The position numbers and the translations under genes are program-made. The notes beneath the pieces are model-generated. The model ran no database searches. It was not told the DNA's origin and worked only from the letters and a program-made list of their open reading frames with translations. 12,899 bases of DNA from PVC group bacterium. Its GTDB lineage: Bacteria > Auribacterota > Erginobacteria > Erginobacterales > Erginobacteraceae. Positions 1-7,417 of this stretch are shown here, piece after piece (position 1 is the stretch's first letter; every line of letters starts with the position of its first letter). The stretch spans positions 1-12,899 of the forward strand of contig JAZDIV010000020.1 in the NCBI GenBank assembly GCA_043804695.1, in the 5' to 3' direction.

Positions 1-108
1 CGAAGCCGCGAGCAAAGCGTGGCGGGAAGCAATCTCTTGCTGTGCATATAGTTGAGATTGCGTAGCCTGTCCCGAGCGATAGCGAAGGATCTCGCTCCTC
101 GCAATGAC
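1..108. repeat. Palindromic cruciform repeat (GTCATTGCGAG/CTCGCAATGAC family), left end cut off by the window edge
   Basis: GCAATCTC (29-36) pairs with GAGATTGC (54-61). CGCTCCTCGCAATGAC (93-108) is the exact 16-nt reverse complement of 12788-12803 in the second copy. Confidence 0.8.
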
Positions 109-152
109 ATGTCCATACAATTATGGACTGACTAATAATAAAAGAGTCCGAT

Positions 153-1520
153 ATGACTAACCAGAACAACGTAGTCAAAATAACTAATTACAGTGAAGCC
201 CTGGATTACCTGTACCGTTTGCGCCTCTTCGGGACCAAGCTGGGGCTGCATAACATCCGCCGCCTCCTGGAGCTGCTGGGGGATCCTCATCAGGGTCTGG
301 CCTTTTATCATATCGCGGGGACGAACGGAAAAGGTTCGGTGGCGGCGATCCTCCAGTCCCTGCTCCGGACCACTCACCGCCGGGTGGGCCTCTACATCTC
401 CCCCCACCTGGAGAATTTCCGGGAACGGATCCGGATCAACAACCGCCTGATCTCTCCCCGGGCCGTCACGGCCGGGGTGGAGGAGATGCGGCCGCTGCTG
501 GACCGGGTTGCCCGGAGCCCGGGCTGCTCTCACCCGACCTACTTCGAGGCGGTGACCGCGCTCGCCTGTCGGTACTTCCGGCGGGAGGGGGCCGACGCCG
601 TTGTTTGGGAGGTCGGGCTGGGAGGACGGCTGGACGCCACTAACGTGGTCAGGCCTCTGGTCTCGGTTGTCACCAATGTCTCTCTCGAGCACCAGCAATA
701 CCTGGGAAGGAGCATCGATCTGATCGTCCGGGAGAAGGGGGGGATCATCAAGAACGGGGTTCCCCTGGTGACCGCCGCCCGGAATCCGAAAGTCAGAGCG
801 TGTCTGCGCCGGATCTGCCGGCGGGCGCGCGCCCCGATGATCGAGGTGGATGCCCTCTATAAAGGAACGGTAGCGGAGCGGAGCATGACGGAACAGCGGA
901 TAACCGTCACCGGCCCCCGCCGGGTGTATGCCGATCTCGTTCTCCCGCTGCCGGGCGACCACCAGGTGGCGAACTGCGCCACTGCGCTCGCCGCCTGGGA
1001 GGCATCCGATCCCCGGGCCGGGGAGGTCGCGTCTTCCCGGATCCGGCGGTCTCTCCGGCGCGTTTCCTGGCCGGGCCGTTTTGAATTCATCCCCGGTCCG
1101 CCGGATGTCGTCCTGGACGGAGCGCACAACCGGTCCGGGGCGGCGGCCTGCGCGAAGACCATGCGGATGCTGGTTCCGGACCGTCCGATCATTCTTATTC
1201 TGGGAGTGCTGGCCGATAAAGATGTCGGGGCCATCTGCCGTCCGCTGGTCCCCTTGGCCTGGAAGGTGATCGCCGTCCGGCCCGCGAGCAGCCGCGGCCT
1301 CCCCGCTTCCGAACTGGCCCGGGTCTGCCGCCGCTCTGCGTCCTCGGGAAAAATTCCGGTTCTGGTCCGCAAATCGCTTGAGTCGGCCCTCGAATCCTGC
1401 TACCGTATATGCTTTTCCGGCCGTCCGGCCGCGGATCGGCGTCCGCCGCTGATCTGCATCACCGGGTCCCTCCGCCTGGTCGGCCCGGCCCGGAGGATGA
1501 TAATGAGTCATAAAATGTAG
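153..1520 (+). CDS. folC: Bifunctional folylpolyglutamate synthase/dihydrofolate synthase
   Basis: 455 aa. P-loop HIAGTNGKGS, plus the Mur-ligase/FolC motifs LYISPHL, EVGLGGRLDATNVV, WPGRFE, LDGAHN and ITGSL. Confidence 0.95.
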   Translation: MTNQNNVVKITNYSEALDYLYRLRLFGTKLGLHNIRRLLELLGDPHQGLAFYHIAGTNGKGSVAAILQSLLRTTHRRVGLYISPHLENFRERIRINNRLISPRAVTAGVEEMRPLLDRVARSPGCSHPTYFEAVTALACRYFRREGADAVVWEVGLGGRLDATNVVRPLVSVVTNVSLEHQQYLGRSIDLIVREKGGIIKNGVPLVTAARNPKVRACLRRICRRARAPMIEVDALYKGTVAERSMTEQRITVTGPRRVYADLVLPLPGDHQVANCATALAAWEASDPRAGEVASSRIRRSLRRVSWPGRFEFIPGPPDVVLDGAHNRSGAAACAKTMRMLVPDRPIILILGVLADKDVGAICRPLVPLAWKVIAVRPASSRGLPASELARVCRRSASSGKIPVLVRKSLESALESCYRICFSGRPAADRRPPLICITGSLRLVGPARRMIMSHKM

Positions 1521-1580
1521 GGGCGATCCTTGTGATCGCCCAAATGCAATCAAAGGGGCGAATACAAGATTCGCCTGTAC
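1517..1580. repeat. GTAG-type REP doublet (REPIN-like inverted pair)
   Basis: GTAG-GGGCGATC-cttgt-GATCGCCC (1517-1541), then an inverted related copy GGGCGAAT-acaag-ATTCGCC-TGTAC (1556-1580). The GTAG contains the folC TAG stop. Confidence 0.8.
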
Positions 1581-1612
1581 GTTACGAAGCGATATCAGAT
1601 AGTTTCATTGTT

Positions 1613-2788
1613 ATGACCCAGAAACAGTCAACCGCCATCATCAACGCCGTTATCCTGAGACCGGGCTTCCCGCCTTCCCGCGGCGGCCTCCTGGTTGTCG
1701 GCGACCGCATCGAACGCCTCTTCCCGGAGGGGGTTCCCGCTCCGGAGTTTGCCGGTTCGGTGATCGATGCCCGGGGTGACTATCTCGTTCCCGGCTTTAT
1801 CGACCTGCACGTTCACGGCGGCGGGGGTGACGATTTTAACGATAACGGCGGCCGGATGGTGATGCGGATCATCAATTTTCTGGCCCGTTTCGGCACCACC
1901 GCGGCGCTCCCCACCATCGCCACCCCGTCCCGGGACCAGCTGCTCCAGATCGTCCGCACCATCGCCCCGTTTTACTGGGGGAAGAAAGGCCGCGGGCGGG
2001 TGCTGGGGATCAATCTGGAGGGGCCCTATCTCAGCATTGGCAAGCGCGGTGCGCAGCCGCTCCGGTTCATCAGAAACCCCTCCGGGCCCGAGGTGGAGGA
2101 ACTTCTGGAAGCGGCCGAAGGCTCCATCAAGATCATGACCCTGGCCCCGGAGGTGGAGGGCGCCCTGCGGCTGATCCGGCTGCTGAAACACTCCGGGGTC
2201 ATCCCCGCGATCGGGCACACCACCGCCGATTATGAGACGACCCGGGTGGCGATCAGGGCCGGCCTCTCCTACGCGACCCATGTCTTTAACAGCTATCCGC
2301 CCCTTCATCACCGCCATCCCGGCGCGGTCGGGGCAGTCCTGGAATCCGACCCGATCAATGTGGAGTTGCTTTGCGACGGGATTCATCTCTCCCCCGTGAT
2401 CGTCAAGCTCGTTTCCCGCCTGAAGCCGCTCGAGCGTCTCCTGCTGGTGACCGACGGCATCGCGGTTCTGGGACGGCGGATCAAGAAGTTCATGATGGGC
2501 GGGAGGGAGGCCGTCGTGGATGACAACGGCGCCCACCTCCCGGACGGCACCCTGGTCGGCAGCACGGTGCCGATGAATCACGCGCTGCGGAATTTCACCC
2601 AGTTTACCGGATGCTCGCTCTCCGACGCGCTGATGCTGGCAACCGGCAATCCGGCCCGGCTGCTGGGGATCGAAGACCGGAAAGGGGACATCCGGCGCGG
2701 CATGGACGCCGACCTGGTCGTCATGGACAGACACTGCGCGGTGAAACGGACGATCATCGCCGGAGAGACCGTGTACCGAAAACCGTAA
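1613..2788 (+). CDS. nagA: N-acetylglucosamine-6-phosphate deacetylase
   Basis: Motifs PGFIDLHVHGGGG, GINLEGPYL, RGAQP, TLAPE, GHT, THVFN...HHR, DGIHL, VTDG, GTLVGS, ATGNPA. Start moved from 1532 to ATG 1613 (391 aa) because the upstream extension runs through the REP doublet. Confidence 0.93.
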   Translation: MTQKQSTAIINAVILRPGFPPSRGGLLVVGDRIERLFPEGVPAPEFAGSVIDARGDYLVPGFIDLHVHGGGGDDFNDNGGRMVMRIINFLARFGTTAALPTIATPSRDQLLQIVRTIAPFYWGKKGRGRVLGINLEGPYLSIGKRGAQPLRFIRNPSGPEVEELLEAAEGSIKIMTLAPEVEGALRLIRLLKHSGVIPAIGHTTADYETTRVAIRAGLSYATHVFNSYPPLHHRHPGAVGAVLESDPINVELLCDGIHLSPVIVKLVSRLKPLERLLLVTDGIAVLGRRIKKFMMGGREAVVDDNGAHLPDGTLVGSTVPMNHALRNFTQFTGCSLSDALMLATGNPARLLGIEDRKGDIRRGMDADLVVMDRHCAVKRTIIAGETVYRKP

Positions 2789-2795
2789 TCTTATA

Positions 2796-2805
2796 AAAGG
2801 AGGTG
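2796..2805 (+). promoter_or_regulatory. Strong Shine-Dalgarno sequence
   Basis: AAAGGAGGTG, 4 nt upstream of ATG 2810. Confidence 0.85.
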
Positions 2806-2809
2806 TGGC

Positions 2810-3715
2810 ATGAAAAGGAAGGGATACCTGTTGTTCGGGATTCTTCTGGCGGCGGGATGCCTGTTGCCGGCGTCCGGCGGCCTCGCCGGCCCCAAGAAGA
2901 CGATCGCTGTCGCCGCCTTCGATAACAAGTCGGGCTGGTACGGCAACTGGGATATCGGCCAGGCGATGCAGGAGATGGCCGCCGAGTCTCTCATCAAGAC
3001 CGGCAAGTTCTCCGTTCTGGAGCGCCAGGAACTGGACAGCGTGCTGGCGGAGCAGGATCTCGGGGCCAGCGGGCGAACCGGAGAAGGTTCCGCGGCTGCG
3101 ATCGGAAAGCTGGGGAAGGCCCAGATTCTGGTCGCCGGGACGGTATCCGAGTTCGAGGAGCAGAAGGGGGGAGAGGGAGCCGGCATCGGATTCAAGGGAA
3201 TACGGCTCGGCGGCAGCCACGAGACCGCGCACGTGGGAATCCTCGTCCGCCTGATCGATACCACGAGCGGGGAGGTCCTCGATTCGATCCGGGTGGTGAA
3301 AGACGCCCACGCGGGGGGGCTCAAGATCGGCTACAGCAACGCCGACTTCGGGGGCGACCTGGGCGGTTTCCGGAAGACACCCCTGGGACAGGCAACCCAG
3401 GAAGCCATCGACGAGGCCGTCCAGAAAATAACCGCCCGGCTGAAAAACGTTCCCTGGCAGGGGAAACTCATCAAGGCCGGTCCTTCCCAGGTCTATCTCA
3501 ATGCCGGCAGCGAGGGCGGCGTCAGCGATGGGATGGAGTTCGATGTCTACCGTCAGGGCGAAGCCCTGGTCGACCCCGACACGGGGATGACGCTCGGCGC
3601 GGAGACGGAGAAGATCGGCCGGATCAAAGTCACCGAGGTCAAGGATAAATTCTCGCTGGCCGCCGTCGTCTCCGGTTCCGACATGCAGCGGGGCGACCTG
3701 GTGAAGTCCGACTGA
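2810..3715 (+). CDS. Exported CsgG/HfaB-family (TolB-N-like) protein with a FlgT-C-like C-terminal beta domain
   Basis: 301 aa. N-terminal signal peptide (MKRK + hydrophobic stretch, possible AAGC lipobox). CsgG-like pattern IAVAAFDN...FSVLERQELDSVLAEQ...IGKL..AQILVAGTV...VRLIDTTSGEV. C-terminal VYLNAG..GV..GMEFDVY...DPDTG domain. Confidence 0.8.
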   Translation: MKRKGYLLFGILLAAGCLLPASGGLAGPKKTIAVAAFDNKSGWYGNWDIGQAMQEMAAESLIKTGKFSVLERQELDSVLAEQDLGASGRTGEGSAAAIGKLGKAQILVAGTVSEFEEQKGGEGAGIGFKGIRLGGSHETAHVGILVRLIDTTSGEVLDSIRVVKDAHAGGLKIGYSNADFGGDLGGFRKTPLGQATQEAIDEAVQKITARLKNVPWQGKLIKAGPSQVYLNAGSEGGVSDGMEFDVYRQGEALVDPDTGMTLGAETEKIGRIKVTEVKDKFSLAAVVSGSDMQRGDLVKSD

Positions 3716-3945
3716 TGCTGCGCCGGCTGTTCAAGCTCATCCTGCTCCTGATCGCCGTGGCCCTGGTTTACGGGTTCTGGCTGCTTTACCAGGATAAGCC
3801 GCCGGAAGAAAAACAGGAGTTCCGGGAGGGGATGGTCCGGGTGGTCAAGGACGCGGGCCGGACCGTGGCCAAAGCAGGACGACGGGTGGTGGAGAAAGGG
3901 CAGGAGGTGCTGGGGCAAGGACGTGATGAGGAGAAAGAGGAATAG
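3715..3945 (+). CDS. Small single-pass membrane protein of unknown function
   Basis: 76 aa. ATG overlaps the upstream TGA (TGATG, translational coupling). Hydrophobic N-terminal helix LILLLIAVALVYGFWLLY followed by a charged amphipathic tail. Confidence 0.75.
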   Translation: MLRRLFKLILLLIAVALVYGFWLLYQDKPPEEKQEFREGMVRVVKDAGRTVAKAGRRVVEKGQEVLGQGRDEEKEE

Positions 3946-3951
3946 ATGAAA

Positions 3952-4129
3952 GAATGATGAAAACCGAATATCGAAGCACCTCCGCCGAAGCGGCTTCGGC
4001 GCTCTCGCGAAGGCGGATGACGAAATGTGCTCCCGCTATCTGCGCCACGTCGTTGAAAGGGAGATTGGGAATTAAGTCATTTATCATTGGGATTTCATTC
4101 GGATTTCGTCATTCGGGTTTCGTCATTTA
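3952..4129. repeat. Heptamer-periodic inverted-repeat element (GAATGAC/GAAAYCC units) with a nested GC-rich palindrome
   Basis: Left arm GAATGAT GAAAACC GAATATC GAA (3952-3975) matches the reverse complement of the right arm (TCATTCG GATTTCG TCATTCG GGTTTCG TCATTTA, 4095-4129) at 19/24 positions. Nested CGCCGAAG-cgg-CTTCGGCG at 3983-4001. Confidence 0.8.
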
Positions 4130-4167
4130 GGATCGGGGAGTGTACTTCCCGGATTCTTGAAATCACC

Positions 4168-5508
4168 ATGCCTTCTCTTATTCCAGCCGGCCGCCGGTTC
4201 TACCTGCGCACATTCGGCTGCCAGATGAACCGGCACGACTCGGAGCGGATCGCCGGGATGCTGAAAGCCCGGGGCTGGCGGCCGGCCCGGAACGAGGAGG
4301 ACGCGGATCTGATCCTCCTCAACACCTGCAGCGTTCGCCGGCACGCCGAGGAACGGGTCCTGGGCCGGCTGGCCCGCTATCGCCGGGAGAAGGAGAAGCG
4401 TCCCCGTCTGGCAGTGGGGGTGCTCGGCTGCATGGCCCAGATCCGGGGGGAAACGCTGCGGGAACAGTTTCCGGAGCTGGACCTGATACTGGGGCCGGGC
4501 AGTTTTGGCCGCCTCCCGGAAGAGGCGGAGGCCGTTCTCGCCGGCGCGGGGCCGCGGCTGGCCGCCGGTTTCGACCCGCCCGACGCTTTCTTCCGGGGCC
4601 TCTGTCTGCGGGAAAACTCCCTCTGTGGCTGGGTCACCGTGATGCGGGGATGCGACAATTTCTGCTCCTACTGCGTGGTCCCCTTCGCCCGGGGGCGCGA
4701 GGTCAGCCGTTCTCCCGACGAGATCGTCGAAGAGATAAGGACGCTGGGGGAGGGGGGATACCGGGAGGTCACCCTCCTCGGCCAGAATGTCAATTCCTAC
4801 CGGGGAATTGACCCGGCCGGTGCCGCAGTGACCTTCCCCGGGCTGCTCCGCCGGGTGAACGCGGTCCCCGGAATCGAGCGGATCCGGTTTTTAACCTCGC
4901 ACCCGAAAGATATCTTCCCGTCGTTAATCGAGGCGATCGGGGAACTGGATAAAGTCTGCGAGTCCCTGCACTTCCCCGCCCAGTCCGGTTCCGACGCCAT
5001 CCTCGAAAAGATGAACCGGGGATACACCCGGGACGAATACCTGGCCAAGGCGCGGAGATTGAAAGAGGCTGTCCCGGGCATATCGCTCGCCTCCGATTTC
5101 ATCGTCGGTTTTCCGGGGGAGACCGGCGATGACTTCTCCCGGACGCTGGACCTCCACCGGGAAGTCCGTTTTGACCGGATCTTCGCCTTCGCTTATTCTC
5201 CCCGGCCGCGGACGGCCGCGGCCGGGTTCCCCGACGATGTCCCCCCGGAGGTGAAAGCCTCCCGACTCCAGGAGCTGTTCGCTCTTCAGAGAACAATCTC
5301 GCTGGAGAAGAACCGGGAACTGGCCGGCAGCGCCGTGGAAGTCCTGGTCGAGGGAAGGAACCGCCGGTACCCGGACCGGGGGGAGGGGAGGACCCGGGGC
5401 GGTCAGATGGTCTTTTTCCCCTGGGAGGAGGGGATGGAGGGGCGGATGATCAAGGTGCTGATCGACCGGGTCACCGACCTGAGCTTGTTTGGCCGGGCTA
5501 TTGAATAG
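4168..5508 (+). CDS. miaB: tRNA-2-methylthio-N6-dimethylallyladenosine synthase (radical SAM methylthiotransferase)
   Basis: UPF0004 cysteine motifs TFGCQMN, NTCSVR, GCMAQ; radical SAM CDNFCSYC; LLGQNVNSY, RIRFLTSHP, SDFIVGFPGET, YSPRPRT; C-terminal TRAM domain. Start placed at ATG 4168 because 4087-4129 is repeat sequence. Confidence 0.95.
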   Translation: MPSLIPAGRRFYLRTFGCQMNRHDSERIAGMLKARGWRPARNEEDADLILLNTCSVRRHAEERVLGRLARYRREKEKRPRLAVGVLGCMAQIRGETLREQFPELDLILGPGSFGRLPEEAEAVLAGAGPRLAAGFDPPDAFFRGLCLRENSLCGWVTVMRGCDNFCSYCVVPFARGREVSRSPDEIVEEIRTLGEGGYREVTLLGQNVNSYRGIDPAGAAVTFPGLLRRVNAVPGIERIRFLTSHPKDIFPSLIEAIGELDKVCESLHFPAQSGSDAILEKMNRGYTRDEYLAKARRLKEAVPGISLASDFIVGFPGETGDDFSRTLDLHREVRFDRIFAFAYSPRPRTAAAGFPDDVPPEVKASRLQELFALQRTISLEKNRELAGSAVEVLVEGRNRRYPDRGEGRTRGGQMVFFPWEEGMEGRMIKVLIDRVTDLSLFGRAIE

Positions 5509-5553
5509 ACCTGACCGGTAACGATATAGTGCACTACTGAGACAGGGAAAAAA

Positions 5554-5624
5554 GGAATGATGGAGTGGTGGAGGCAGGCTCCCCATTACTCCGATACTCC
5601 AGTACTCCATTACTCCATTACTCC
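5554..5624. repeat. Octamer-periodic inverted-repeat element (GGAGTAAT / CCATTACT units)
   Basis: Left GGAATGAT GGAGTGGT GGAG (5554-5573); right CCATTACT CCGATACT CCAGTACT CCATTACT CCATTACT CC (5583-5624). Confidence 0.85.
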
Positions 5625-5642
5625 TGAGCAATTGTTTCAACC

Positions 5643-7409
5643 ATGCATACCGGTCATGTACAGTTCAAAAAACAAGGTCTGACCCCAACGTGGCTGCTGG
5701 CGGCGGCGGTGCTGCTGGTCTACGCCAACTCCTGGAGCAACCCCTTCATCCTCGACGACGTCACCCACCTTCTCCAGGATCCGCGGATCGGGGAGTGGAA
5801 AAACTGGACGGAGGTGTTCCGGTCGCCGTTCTTCGAATTCAAGGAGGCCGGCCTGGCCCAGTATTACCGCCCGCTGACCAGGCTGACCTACAAGGCGGAA
5901 TGGCTTTTCTTCGGCGGCCTCCCCTTCGGCTACCACCTGGTCAATACAGCCTTCCACCTGCTCAACACGCTCCTCCTCTACCTGATCTGCCGGAGGCTGG
6001 CCGGGCGGGGACCGGCCTTCCTGGCCGCGCTCATCTTCGGCATCCACCCGCTCCAGGCCGAGGAGGTGAGCTACATCTCCGGCCTGGGCGGTGTCGCCTC
6101 CGTCTCCGGAATACTGGCCTCGCTCTATTGTTTTATCAGGTTCCTGAAAAACCGGCGGTTCGTCTGGTATCTTTCGTCCCTTCTCTTCTTCCTGATCGGG
6201 CTTCTCTACAAGGAGGTCGCCCTGCTGGGGCCGGTTCTCCTGGCCTGGCTGGTTCTGACGGCGATCCCCTCCGGGGGGGAGGAGACTCTTCCCCGGGGGA
6301 CTGCTGTTTGGTTTGTTCTCCCCTTCTTCCTGCTCGCCGGAGGGTATCTCATCCTCCGCGTGTTCTTCCTGATCCGGGCCGACTTCACAGCCGGCCTCGC
6401 GGACGGGCTCTGGCTCCGGTTTTTGACCTTTGGGAAGGGGATCTGGATCTACCTGGGGCTGGCGCTCTTCCCGTTCCGCCTCCATTTTTACCGATCCCTG
6501 GAGGTGCTTTCCCATGGGTGGCATGTTCTCCCGCTCCTCCTGCTGGGCGGCGGCGCCGCCGGGCTTCTCCGGAGCGTCCGGCGGCCCGGGCGCCCGTTTT
6601 CACTCTTCGCCTTCGGTTTCGGCTGGTTTCTGATCGGCCTGCTCCCTTTTTCCGGGATCAACCCCATCTACCTGGAAAGAGAATTCCTTTACTGGGCCGA
6701 GCACTTCATGTATCTCCCCCTGGCCGGTCTGGGCATCGCCCTGGCCGCCGCGTTCACCGGCCGGGGAAAAGGTTTGCCTGCCGTTACGGCCCGGGTCTGC
6801 CTGGTTCTGATCGTCTGTGTCCTGGCCCTCCTCACCGTCCGGCAGAATGAATTCTGGTCCGATGAAACAGTGTTCTTCGAGCGGATGAGCCGGCATGAAC
6901 CTGATCTTTTCCGGACCGCCTCTCTTTTAGGGATCGCTTATTATAAAGAAGGGCGGATCGACGAGGCGATCGCCGCCGATCTCCGCGCCCGGGCGCTGCT
7001 CTTCGCCCGGAATCCCGTGTCTTCGGGGAAGGATCTGCTCCCGATGGAAAGGTATCAGCTCAAAATCATTCTCTGGCGGCTGTCGCAGGGCTGCCGGAGC
7101 GCCCGCCGTTACGACGAGGCCCGGCAGGCCGCCCGGGAACTGCTGGAGATTTCTCCGGACGGGTATGAGGGCCGGTATTTGCTGGGGCGGGCTTTCCTGG
7201 AAAGCGGTGACGGCGCAGAAGCCCTTCCGTTCCTGGAGGAGGCGTACCGGCTGCGCCCGGATGACTATGAAGTCGCCCGGGCGCTGATCCTCTGCTGCCG
7301 GCAGCGGGGGGACCAGGCCCGCGCTCGGGAGGTCTGGAGTGAAGCGTCCCGCCGGATCCCCGCTTTCAGTAAGGCACGGGAAATCTTGAAGCAGCGATAT
7401 GAAAAATGA
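5643..7409 (+). CDS. Polytopic membrane protein with C-terminal TPRs; TMTC-like / GT-C-fold glycosyltransferase candidate
   Basis: 588 aa. First loop FILDD, then YYRPL, YHLVN..FH, HPLQAEEVSYISG, L.KE and AEHFMYLPLAG, as in TMTC/PMT_2-like proteins. About 10 hydrophobic segments. TPR-like helices from about residue 420 (LGIAYYKEGRIDEAI, YLLGRAFLESGDGAEAL). Confidence 0.75.
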   Translation: MHTGHVQFKKQGLTPTWLLAAAVLLVYANSWSNPFILDDVTHLLQDPRIGEWKNWTEVFRSPFFEFKEAGLAQYYRPLTRLTYKAEWLFFGGLPFGYHLVNTAFHLLNTLLLYLICRRLAGRGPAFLAALIFGIHPLQAEEVSYISGLGGVASVSGILASLYCFIRFLKNRRFVWYLSSLLFFLIGLLYKEVALLGPVLLAWLVLTAIPSGGEETLPRGTAVWFVLPFFLLAGGYLILRVFFLIRADFTAGLADGLWLRFLTFGKGIWIYLGLALFPFRLHFYRSLEVLSHGWHVLPLLLLGGGAAGLLRSVRRPGRPFSLFAFGFGWFLIGLLPFSGINPIYLEREFLYWAEHFMYLPLAGLGIALAAAFTGRGKGLPAVTARVCLVLIVCVLALLTVRQNEFWSDETVFFERMSRHEPDLFRTASLLGIAYYKEGRIDEAIAADLRARALLFARNPVSSGKDLLPMERYQLKIILWRLSQGCRSARRYDEARQAARELLEISPDGYEGRYLLGRAFLESGDGAEALPFLEEAYRLRPDDYEVARALILCCRQRGDQARAREVWSEASRRIPAFSKAREILKQRYEK

Positions 7410-7417
7410 TTTGCTTT

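Noticed and set aside
111..128. Hairpin GTCCATA-caat-TATGGAC upstream of folC
   Set aside because: Only 7 bp with no U-tract. It may be the end of the upstream repeat element or an operator, but no function can be supported.
132..1553. 473-aa minus-strand ORF opposite folC (likewise 1628-3310, 4924-5640, 5637-6524, 7638-8456, 8478-10352, 11144-11890, 11490-12329)
   Set aside because: Antisense shadow ORFs expected from high-GC codon bias. They have no recognisable motifs and fully overlap well-supported + strand genes. Some begin inside repeats (MEYWSIGVMG, MRYALCALR are translations of the 8-mer and 7-mer arrays).
1532..1612. Longer N-terminus for nagA from GTG 1532, and for miaB from TTG 4087
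   Set aside because: Both starts lie within repeat elements, and family homology begins only after ATG 1613 and ATG 4168.
5583..5624. Possible CRISPR array or iteron set among the intergenic repeats
   Set aside because: Units are 6-8 nt and contiguous, with no 25-40-nt repeats separated by unique spacers. No cas or rep gene is present.
5690..6850. 386-aa alternative-frame + strand ORF inside the TPR membrane gene (also 7889-8527 inside mutS)
   Set aside because: Pro/Arg/Gly-rich off-frame translation typical of GC-rich DNA. The main frames are intact and there is no frameshift evidence.
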